Shown: positions 1 to 10,900 of the stretch, piece after piece | How the letters are laid out: the number at the start of each line of letters is the position of its first letter | Position numbering within the stretch: the stretch's first letter is position 1 | Source: Asterionella formosa | Lineage: Eukaryota | Reading direction: 5' to 3' | Length of the DNA: 64,000 nucleotides | Assembly (NCBI GenBank): GCA_002256025.1 | Contig: NKIB01008526.1 | Span: 1-64,000 of the forward strand | Made by a program: the position numbers and the translations under genes | Notes under the pieces: model-generated | Told to the model about the DNA's origin: nothing | Databases searched by the model: none | The model's input: the letters and a program-made list of their open reading frames with translations, nothing else

Positions 1-175
1 ATTCAGATAATATATAGATATATTCAAGTAAGCATTTTGATGTATTCAACTAATTCATGTGATCCATTCAAAATCAACTAGGCTTATTTACGTGATGGTC
101 ACTTCACGTAATACGCGGCTTAGATGTGGTACCCAGAGCAGCAGTCCAGTGGCCAGCATGCACATGGTGGAATTC

Positions 176-560
176 TATAATATAAAAGATAATCTGTTTT
201 ATAACCCGTTCCTACTCCCCTTTTTCAAGGCAAGTATTCATTGTGCTGCCTGCGGACAAGACCTGTGCTTCCCTAGTTTTGTTTGCATAGGTGAGTCCCC
301 AACCACCCTTCACGAAAGATGATCATCTTAGCCGCAGCGTTAGGGGAAACTCCGACCGCCTAGGAAGGCGGCACAAGCTGCTTGTAGGGGGGGGGGGGGC
401 AACCCACTATTTCTTGCACACCAGGCAAAACCATGCGGGACGGTAAGGAGTGGTGTGGGAGTCGAACCCAACAATTGCTTCTCAAAAAAATTGCTGGAAT
501 CGAACCTCACAACCTCAGATCAAAGGCAACGTGCTCAACAAACTACCATAAGCTATTCCC
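176..560 (-). mobile_element. tRNA-derived SINE, family A (near full-length copy)
   Basis: Minus strand starts GGGAATAGCTTATGGTAG (A-box-like), followed by GGTTCGATTCC (B-box) and a second T-arm-like GGGTTCGACTCCCAC. Colinear with the copy at 51341-51703. Confidence 0.7.
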
Positions 561-1361
561 TGGTATTCTATAATAGTTATATTGGGTACAACTAACTTAT
601 GATGGGACTAGCATGCAAATGTTTCAAATCCCAGCCAATTGATATAGAACCGTTCATTATTGGCTGGTTGTTTTCATCAGTTCGGCCAGAAAAGGAGAAC
701 GATTTTGAATTTGGAGAAAGTAGTACTAAGCAAAGTAACATAAGCAAGATTTGCTTACTATTGCTTACTTTGCTTTACTTTTGCTTTGGGCTGCCCCTCT
801 ATTGCCCCAGTCACTGTCATTTTCTTGTTTCAGCCATTTGCATTGTTTTTACATTTCTGTGTCTAATCAAAATAATTATTTATGTCACTTACAAGTTGTG
901 ATAGCCTACTGTTGACTCAAAGAGAGAGTTGATGACCTTCTCTATTTAGTCGTTTTGAGTGCCTGTCATGTGTCATGTTGTCCATTTCAACAATATGACT
1001 GCAACTTGCTGGTACCAGTACTCCCAATATCAGTTCGGTAGTTTCCGGGGTACTGGTTCGTAGTAGAACGCTAATTCATACCTGATCTGGAATCAGGAAT
1101 CTCTGTCATTCACCTCTGTACATAATATTTATATATACATATTCTAAATAGATCAACGGTTTAGGATGGCGCACAATAGGGCAATTGAGCCGGAGAAAAT
1201 CATAAGAGTCAAATAGCCCCGGAATATTTTTAAGATGGCCGCAACAATTGTTTTGTCAATCAAGAGAGAAAGGAAGTAATGCCGCCGGTGTGTGGTGGGG
1301 TTATAACACACTGAAGCCAGTGACCTCACCTATTAAAACAATGATTTGATCGATTCTGAGC

Positions 1362-3654
1362 ATGAAAGGTGATCACATCAGCACATCGATATCTGTCAGT
1401 CGGAAAGCATCATCCAATACAACACCAAATGTAGCCAGAGGAAGAATTTACCGAACCGTTGTCAGTGGCCAAACGAAATGGGTAACTCGGGACCTAGCAG
1501 CCTTGGATTTCTTGCTAGGAATCCCTATGGAAAAAGAATCGACATTAGTTCATTCAGGATGGCAGCGAAATCAGCAGCCAGCCCAGGGAAAATGGTGGGA
1601 AAAGCTTATTCATCAAACTCCTGGAGTCCCTAGAAGGGTGTCAGGCGACAACAACATTTTGGAACAACCAGACTCCCAATCCGTGGACAAAACGAACGAT
1701 CGCACTGTTGTGACTGGTGGGCGAAGCTTAGATGGCGACGAAGCTACTAAAGTGGCCATCCCGAGAACTGGATTTGCGATGACTCGGCAAAGATCGATCG
1801 CAAGACAGGCTGAAATCCGAGAATGGGAGTTACAAGTAGCGCATGGTCTACAGGATGAAAAGTCGTATGGTCTACTTGATGGAAGAGTCTTCTTCTCGAG
1901 CAAAGAAAATTATCCGATCTCCGTTTTTAGTGTCATACGCTACGAGCCGAAGCGAGAAGAGGCAGCAAGACTGAGGCAAAAGTTGGAAGCGCGAGGCGGA
2001 GGTGGAACACAGTTTGTAGTCCCCGAACGTGATTGGCGTGAGTATTATTTTGTGTTCGTTGATGTAGGTTTGTTCGTGTGTCCTTTGCTCAACAATTTTC
2101 CTGTGCACTTTAGGAGGGACGTCATATAGGGCTTTGCTTGTTCGCCATGAAAAGAAGAACAAAAAGTTTAATAGGTTTATTGGGCCAGAAACAGAAGCGG
2201 ATGAGTCAGATGTGTCATCGTCAAGTTCCGAAGGTGGTGATGCATACGTTCCAGGCTTTCTCGACGATCCCGACATGGTGCAAGGCAGGAATCGGAATGT
2301 TGTCATTGGAGACCGTGTAACAGGATGTATAGTATCCTCGACAATACAATTTGTAAAACCTGCGGACCTCAAAGCCGATCTCAACAAACAGTTTCGGGAA
2401 AGATTTGATGGATGGGAGCCGCCCAAGTCGCTTCTAAAGTTTATTGCTGCCAAGGTCGTTGACGGAGTTTATACATTAGCGGATCCAAAAGATGTCACAG
2501 ATGGGCATGATGATCACGAAATAAAAATGCATGAACCCATGCGGCGACCACGCCTGGGTTCTATACCGTCTCCCGCAGAGACTAAAGAAACGATCAGAAT
2601 GCCGCCTTCCCTGACCCTTTCCAAAATACGATCTATCAAGCAGCAGGCTTTAAAAGCTGCTGTCAAGGCCAGACTAGAAGTCAGCACAGTTGCTTTAGCG
2701 TGCGTTTATTTCGAACGCCTTTGCCTTGACTGTCGAGTGGATAAGTCCAATAGACGATTGTGTTTTGCTGCTTGCCTGTTGTTAGCAGCAAAAATTAACG
2801 AAGCCAATGTGGTTGGTCTGGTCACGAGAAATCAAGAAGAGAACACCAAAGAAAAATCGGGTATACAATCATTGATTAGGCCCACACAGAAGAGCAATAC
2901 TATTTTTGCCAGTCTTCTGGAGTTTATGACTCAGGATTGGTCACTTTCCCTCAAGCATTTATTTTCTGCTGAATGGGGAGTGTTCGCTGCTCTTGGTTTC
3001 GAGCTTCATGCCACGCCATCTCAAGTATCTTTCCACTTTCGGCGGCTCATGAAAGTTCTCGAATGGCAAGCTTTATCATATCTTGGATCTGATATGTATA
3101 GCCAATGGCAGGATTGTTTGCTCAAGGAAGAAACAAGAAGGCAGGAGCGTGAGCAGAGGAGAGAAATCCGTCGAGCAAGGAATGAAAGGAAATTGCTCAA
3201 AATGGAATTCAAGCTAAAACAGGAAAGCGAAAAAACCAACATGCGATCAAATTCCGATGATTGGCATGAAGCTGCCAGTCACACCGTGGACACTACGATG
3301 TCATATGACCTAGGTCGACAAACACTGCTTGATCCTCCTGGTCTGGATGATCGACGAAAAGGTGGTGCTGCCAGGAAGCTTTTGAATCGACTAACTATGA
3401 AACGAGCACCCAGCCAGGAAAGTTTTGTTACTGCTAAACGTATGGTTATGTCAAGCAACAACGACAAGTCCAGACTATATAAGAAGAATTTGGGTATTCC
3501 GAAATCATCGTCCACACCAATATTACAAGTGCACAGAGAGAGCGAACGTTATCACAAGGCCGAGCATGTTGCAATCGATGTCAGTTTTAATATAGAATCT
3601 CACTCTTCTGATGGAATTGATGAAGCTACAGATGAAGAAGGCATTGTCATTTAA
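1362..3654 (+). CDS. CABLES-like protein with C-terminal cyclin box; exons 1362-2037, 2114-3654
   Basis: Intron GTGAGT(2038)...TTTAG(2113) joins the two ORFs in frame (DWR/GTSYRALLVRH). The segment SLTLSKIRSIK...STVALACVYFERL...NRRLCFAACLLLAAKIN matches the Cables-type cyclin fold. Confidence 0.8.
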
Positions 3655-4011
3655 GTGCCTACTCATGGAACAGATTACATGATAACTTTTCAATTTGTGA
3701 ACTTATTTTCTTTGAGAATGCAACCTTAAAGAATAATGATTGCTTCGAGGTTGGATAGGAACTTTCTATCAAATTGGATGAGCTTGGGATGAAATCCAGA
3801 TGTGATCCATTCAATTATGTAGTAGAAACATTTATCAATTTTTTTAAAGTCTGCGATGTGATGATGACTGGCTGCATACAACCCTCATCAGATAATTACT
3901 ACCATTTGTCATTATTGAGAAGATTCCGGTTTGATCACTGGTCAAGGAGGTGGGCATGCTTTTCCCTCTGTGCAGGCAAGACTGTATGTAATGGTAAGTA
4001 ATATGAGAGCC

Positions 4012-4081
4012 CAACAATTGCGGGAATCAAACCACACAACCTCAGCTCAAATGCAACGTGATAAACCACTAAGCCATTCCC
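4012..4081 (-). mobile_element. SINE family A head fragment
   Basis: Diverged match to the tRNA-like head at 490-560 (GGGAATGGCTTAGTGG...CACGTTGC...GAGGTTGTG). Confidence 0.55.
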
Positions 4082-4419
4082 TCAACATCAATTTTGATGA
4101 TAATGATGATGGCAAGGAAATAAAATCATTCTAGCAAAATCAATGCATAAGCATTGCTAAAAATGTACATGTGCTGAACAAATATATGTATGGTAAATTG
4201 ACTTCTTTGGTTCATTTATCTAGATGCTAATAACTTAAATTCTGAAACAGAGTTTATTCTCGAGCCTAGTAAGTAACTCAAAAAATTAAGTAAGCCAACC
4301 CTCACATCGAAAAATGGTATTTAGAGCTTGTGAATATAGTTAACATTTGCTATAAAAGTTTCGGTTCATTATAGTTATTAACATAGACTTATTTATATGC
4401 AATGTACCATAGGTCTTGC

Positions 4420-5225
4420 GAAACCACGTTTCTACATATAATTCAATAATTTTTATGGCGCATTCCGCTCCATGGCTCAGAAAATAGGGTGGTGGATGTT
4501 GTTATGGTGGTCACTTGGTCCCTCGAGTGGGAGTCGTGTAAGAAGAATTAGTGTCGCCTTTGTTCTGTACCTGGTTGGCTGGGGAAGACCGCTTGGATTT
4601 CCTACGGGTCAACAACCTGGATGTCCCTTGGGTATGATCTGTTGTTGGAGGGCATGATTTCCGTTGTATTTAGGTGGCTCCCTGCAGTGTTTTGAGTTGT
4701 CTTGGTAAATTTCAGAGTCATTTGCCCTGTTGCTGCTAAAGTGCGGGATGCCTCAATCATAAATTCCGTTCTTTCCAGAAAACTTCTTTTCTGTGCTGTC
4801 CTCCATGATTTAAGCTGGGTTTCTAGATCTTTGCCAAAAATGCTGCGTTTATCTCTATGACATATTACATGTTGTAGAAGATAGAATTTACTGATTCTTC
4901 GCTTTCTGCTGATTAGGAAATCATCTCGTTTTCGGCCTTATGTAGCTCCTTGTTTCTTGGCTTCCAGGCGCTGTGGGTGAGCAACCAGGAAAAAGTATGT
5001 GTTCATTATTTTCCTGGTGCCCACATTGAGGACATCCTTCCATACCGGCTTCTATCATTTTTCTTCCTGTCCCACATGGGAGTCATCTGTGGATATACTT
5101 GGTGATGAATGTTTTCATTTCTTGTAAGAGCTAGAAAGGCTAACTGAATCGATGTCCCACATCATCTGTTTGGTTAAGCGATGTTTTGATTGAAAATAAA
5201 TGTCGTAGTTATTTTCCATTTCGGA
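4420..5225 (-). mobile_element. Degenerate 3' end of a non-LTR retrotransposon (LINE)
   Basis: Manual minus-strand translation gives YFQSKHRL...WDID...FITKYIHR*LPCG, CPQCGHQENNEHIL (zinc-knuckle-like) and AWKPRNKELH. It resembles the C-terminal part of the LINE at 14905-17240 and is broken by stops and frameshifts. Ends are approximate. Confidence 0.6.
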
Positions 5226-5660
5226 ATCTCTTATAATACAGTTACATCAATGTGAAAACCGAAAAGCATACTAACTATACCAGTACATACTGGAAAAAAT
5301 AAGGACAAAGCGCTACCACTACCGGGTTCATCCTCCCCACCATGGCGGAAAGCTAACCCGATTCTCAAAATTTCGATGGATAGTACATACACCGTGCACA
5401 ACGGTTGGATTATGGATTTTGTAAACAAATCACTTATTCGAAATAGAGGCGAAAGCAGCAAGTTGCGGTCATTTTGCCAAAACTGAATCGCGTCGCTGGC
5501 AGGCACTCAAATTCGACTGCTCCTCCGGTAATATTACTTAGACATTTGGAAATATCTAATGGTTTTAAGCTGGCCAATTAATTTCAATTTAATCAAATCT
5601 AATTTGAAGAATAATTTTCTGAAAAAAACCAGTTTCCGAGCCTTGCTACCATTGGGTCCA

Positions 5661-6021
5661 GTAATCGCACTCGTGCCCACTTGAATGGACACAATTGCTT
5701 ATTATCAGGTGATTGCTTTGTGCGCGCATTCGACCCTGACAGAATCTAGCTCTCTGGTTAAAAATTCCAAAAAGAATTTCGATTGGGGAAATGAGTTTGA
5801 CCCTATTCGGGAAACTGCAACCGTCTAGTAGGAATGCAGCACAAGCTGGTGCTTGTAGGGGGGCAAACCCACTATTTCTGGCACACCAGGCAAGACCGTG
5901 CAAGACAGCAAGGAGTGTGGAATTCGAACTCAACAAATTGCTTCTAATAAATAGCGGGAATCAAACCACACAACTTCAGATCAAAGGCAACGTGCTCAAC
6001 CAACTACCATAAGCCATTCCC
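5661..6021 (-). mobile_element. tRNA-derived SINE with a family-A head and a different tail
   Basis: 5806-6021 matches 345-560. 5663-5695 (AATCGCACTCGTGCCC...AATGGACACAAT) matches 37701-37733. Confidence 0.6.
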
Positions 6022-6480
6022 TCATTTGACAATCATGGCAGTCTTAAAAGCGGCAACAGAGGCAATGATCTATGCACCACCCACAACTGATGCACCTTCT
6101 CCAATAACTCGGAATAATGGAATTATCCCAGACCCTGATGATACCAAAATCATTGAGCTCTACGCACACAAGGGCGTGATGAACAAGGAAATATACATTT
6201 CATGGGCAACTTGCTCCATACAACAAGATAAAGACCTGCATCAAATAATGTAATGTTCAGTTTATCTCAAGTAGCTGTAGTTGCATGATACTTTTTGTGG
6301 GATAGGCCAGCTGTCGATGAAAATATTATTCATTAAGTAATTTAGGAAAATGCCAGAGAACGATTTGCAGAGTCAGTCTCTGAACACGATCCGGATTTGC
6401 TGACTGATAAACAGGATCAAGAAAATGTCTTCTAGTTTCGGAATCCACATAGGAATCCTACCTTTCTACGTTTAAAACTT

Positions 6481-6545
6481 GCTGAGAATGACTAGGATTT
6501 GCTGACAATTACCAAAATTTGCTGACTACGACTAAAACTTGCGAA
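6481..6545 (+). repeat. 20-bp minisatellite, ~3 units (consensus ~GCTGACAACGACTAGAATTT)
   Basis: Units gctgagaatgactaggattt / gctgacaattaccaaaattt / gctgactacgactaaaactt. Confidence 0.6.
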
Positions 6546-7307
6546 TAAGAATACCGGTAGATTTTCTGAATGACCCTTTTGCCTATGAAGTATATACCTG
6601 AACGAACAAAACCACTACCCCCTGATTGCCTTGCCAATACTAACTATAGGCATCTGTAATGTCACATCTATATACATGGCTGGTCACAGTCATAATCACG
6701 CCAGATGCAACAGCCTACCGGAGTACTGCTATACTATTTTCAATATCATACATACATCACATATCACATATATACGATGACTACATAAGCTACTGGTATA
6801 TATATTCAGGGTACCAGGTACCGGAGGTATACCTTATAGACGCTAGTGTATAATTATTTAGCTTAGATGTTGCTATTTATTTCTGTATATAAAACACTCA
6901 AGTGTAGTTCTTGTGTGCGGCTGGAGAATCCTGCAACATGCCATCCGCCTTGACCATGTCGAAAATAACAAATTTTTGCATGGAAAATGAAAACGACGCT
7001 ATGATATCTGGTTTATATATCAAACACAACATATACAATACAAAGATAAAAGAAAATAGTAAAAACACTAATATTGACAACGAAAATTGAAGTCGCCAAT
7101 GGCGCATTGTTTCACATAGTTTAGATGATCCACAATTCAAAACAACAAAGTTACAAACAGATTTGACACAGTGATAGTACACAGCATGCTACACTACTAT
7201 GGTAATCTGTAGGTCGAACGAAATTTTGTTTGATTCTCTATTTTTAAGCAAGTAATGTTGATTAATAGTCCATTGACATTTTCAAAATGACTCTTTTGTT
7301 TACGATT

Positions 7308-7392
7308 GCTGATGTGACTAGAAATCTGCTGACAACAACTAGAACTTTCTGACAACAATTAGAATTTCCTGACTACGACTAGAAGTTACTGA
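7308..7392 (+). repeat. Same 20-bp minisatellite, ~4 units
   Basis: Units gctgatgtgactagaaatct / gctgacaacaactagaactt / tctgacaacaattagaattt / cctgactacgactagaagtt. Confidence 0.65.
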
Positions 7393-7943
7393 TTTTTTTA
7401 TTGGTGAATTCCATTAGCGAACCATCATCCAGTTGCTGAGTACCATTACCATTAGTAGTGGTGAACACAATATTGATGATCAGGACCTTGAATGATCATT
7501 TTACATTGAAGAAAGTTGCTTAAGAGAGTTTGGAATGAAAAGCCAGTCCATCTCATCTGGAAGGCATGAGACAATCCATTTGGAGTGTGTCGAAACTGAA
7601 AAGGTGCGCATAAAACGTGCGCTACCGGATCTTCCAGGTTGGTACTTTCAGTTGCTTATGTACTCGGATTAGTGGTACCAGGTACCGTATGAAACACGAG
7701 CGAATGATGTGGGATGGGGAGCCCCACTTCCCTCATTATAGGCACTACATCAAATAGCGGAATTTGTCATCACTGGCAGGAAGAGCAGCAGTTTACGCAA
7801 GTTGCCAGTCCCAAGGCACAGCACGCTTCGATTGAATGGCATCTGAGACTTCGGTTGGAAAGAAATATCACAACGAAGATTATTTGACAGATAGAATCAC
7901 AAATCGGTGACCAAGGACTTTCTCCTTGGGTAAGATTGATTGC

Positions 7944-10900
7944 ATGTCTTCGCGTTGGGGTCCACGCGTTCCTCAAGAAGTACCCGAAGGAGCTGCTCCG
8001 GATCCTACAGAGGTAGAGCTCATCACGGACGTGGAATGGGCTGATGCGAAGGATCGTCAAGCGACGGGAGAGCTGGCAACCAAGCCTAAAGCCGTGTACA
8101 CAGATCCTTGTGGTTGCACTGCTTCAGATGATGGCATGCCTTGCTGCATTGATGAATCATGTGTCTTGTATGCTTGCTTAGAAGAGTGTCCAGCTGATTG
8201 CTCGTCTGGAAATGCTTGTAGAAATAGGCGGATTGCCAAGAAGGAATGGAAGAACGTCGAAATCGTAGATGCCGGACCGAAGGGCCGAGGCCTCGTGACA
8301 CTCGAAGACATAAGGCAGGGGGAATTCATCATAGAATACGTGGGGCGGGCCATCAGAAAGGCTTATTTGGAGAAACTCTTTGGCAGGTACAAAAACGAAC
8401 GGATGCTTTATATCATGGCGCTCGATACTGACATTTACATTGATGCCAGGACAAAGGGTGGAAAGGCGCGTTTCATCAACCATTCATGCGAACCAAATTG
8501 CGTTGTACACCGTTGGAAGGTCAACGGCATTTTACGTGCCGCCATATTTGCTACCAAACATATTAAGGAAGGAGAAGAACTATCCTTTGACTACAAGTGG
8601 GAACGAAAGCGGGGCCGTGCTCCAACAAAGTGTCATTGTTGCACGCCTTCTTGTCGTGGAACGTTGGAAATGCCCAAGTCAATGGAAGAGGAAGAAGAAG
8701 AGAGAAAACTAATGAGTCATTGGAAGAAGCCGATTAATAAGGAAGCTGGGAGAGAAATTGTGAACCGATCGATTCGAATTATGTCCGATGAGCATCATGA
8801 ATGGTTCTCTGCGGATGTAATCAAGTACGACGAAAGCAGCGGAAATCATCTAGTAATGTATAGGGCCAATTTTGAGGAGGCATGGGAAGACTTAAAGAAA
8901 GAGAACTGGATGATTTTGGATGAAGATGCAGAGCAATTCGTCATTGCAAAGAAATCAGCTCGTCCTCGATCCTTACATCAGCCAACGAGTTTGTTGCATG
9001 CATCAGGTTTGGACGGAACCCAAGGACGAGTACAGGGAGAAGTAAAGAACTACCTGTTTGTGCAAACACCAATCAAAGACGGATTCTTGAAGCAGGGGCT
9101 GTTTGATCGATGCCAACGAACTGTCGGAGTTGTTATCGAATTTGAACGGGTCATGGACATCGAAACAGATTCGCAAGGGCAGACAGAAGAGGACTTGGAC
9201 CGAAGGCAGGCCCTGTCAGAGTCCAAAGACGGTTTTGCGTGGAAAATATCTGTTAGTGGTAAAGGTCATGAAGCAATCATTCATGCTTTGTTCATCCTCA
9301 ACAAGAACGTCGTTTATCTGCACAGCAAATACAACATTGAAATGCCAACTAGTATGGCATCCAATATACCAAAGAAAGTAACTTCGGAGCTATCAGAGGA
9401 AGTCATTATTCCACGAGTCATCGTGGATCAGATTAAGAGAAGGATGCCATTGATTCGAGAGCTTTGCCGGAATGTTTCAGTTACATTTGCTCCTTCTGAG
9501 AGCAAGAGCAAGCAGTTTGCTAAACTGTTACTAGAAGCGAACATCGAATCTGACCTCTTTGACGCCAAAAAACAGCTCTGGCCTCAATGTATCGCGGCAT
9601 GTGTAGAAATGCAAGCAGAGTTTAATTCGTTTGGAGCGCACAAAGATTTGGGATTCTTTGGGGGCGAACTTAGCAGCGAGCAGTTCAAGCTTCTCGTAGG
9701 GCTGCAGCGAGACTTCACGTTAAATCAAGAATGTAATGAGGACCTGAGAAAATCGTCTTTCTTCAATTCTTTTCAAAACACTCACAGGTGTACTGTGTGG
9801 GTGCAAGCGGAAGATGACATGGGTCGTATTGATCGACGCACTTTATCTGTCAGCGAAGCTGTGCCCAATGCCCCAAGAAAGATATACTTCGGGTGTGATC
9901 CCAAAGACGTCCCAAAAGTCTGGGGCTTGGTGGAAACTCGTGCAGCTGAATTGGCCAGAGGAGTACGATACCTTCATTTAGGTGCTGATAAAGTGTATCA
10001 ACAATTTATGATGCGAAAAGGTGGACAATTCTTTGATTATATCCAACGTACTTCTGGGGCTTCCGTGCAAATTGATTCAATGACAGGCGACCATCTCAGA
10101 ATAGATGGCCGGGTATCGGGGTCTGGGATAATTCAAATTGGAGATTGGGACTCGGAGACAACACTGGGAGAAAGCGACAAAGCTGCTTTAGCAGAAGAGC
10201 TGATTAAGCTACAGATTGAGCTGTATAGAGATCATTGTACTCGATACGAAAGCTGGATATTTGGTCGAGATTGGACTCTATCAAATTCTGTTGATAAAAA
10301 CGTAAAGACAGAAATGCAAGCAAGCGCTTCAGCCCATGCTACAACTCTTTCGACCAGGGCCCCAGGAACACCATCCGGTCGCAATCAGTTCGAGTCTCGT
10401 AGTGTTGCTGTAGCGTGCATGGAGATTGAAGATATCAATAGCAACTTGGAATTGGAAGGAATGGTCGCAGCACACGCTGTTGTGATCCTCTATCGATTCC
10501 TTCATGTACTTGGTGAAAACGAAACTCTGGGAACAAGCTCAAAGCTTCGCGAGCTTCTCCTGGCCAGCCTTTTCTTGGCCAACAAGTCTCAAAAAGTGAC
10601 AAAATGGAAACGAATGGAAAGCCTCCTTGAAGCAGCTTACAGGAGCTTCTACCCTGGAACTCGGTTCGACAAGGACAACGAAGAGGTAGCAATATTGGAG
10701 AGTCGTGTTATCCAAGCGGAGAGTGAGATTCTGGAAACACTGGACTTTGACATCTTTTGGAGTGGGATGGATTGGGTGCTACGAGCGGCTATCGAAGGCG
10801 GCCGAATCGCAGAGCCTCTTGCGAAAAATGCATTTGACACTGCTTTGAGCGGACCAGTCCTGGCAGCCGGTTCGGAGGTGTGGCTCAGTTTCGGTCCGGC

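Noticed and set aside
715..790. Regulatory hairpin (AAGCAAAGTAA / TTACTTTGCTT)
   Set aside because: Short, low-complexity and imperfect, with no second copy in the window.
7926..7943. TTG start of the 1770-aa ORF
   Set aside because: Eukaryotic gene; the first in-frame ATG is at 7944.
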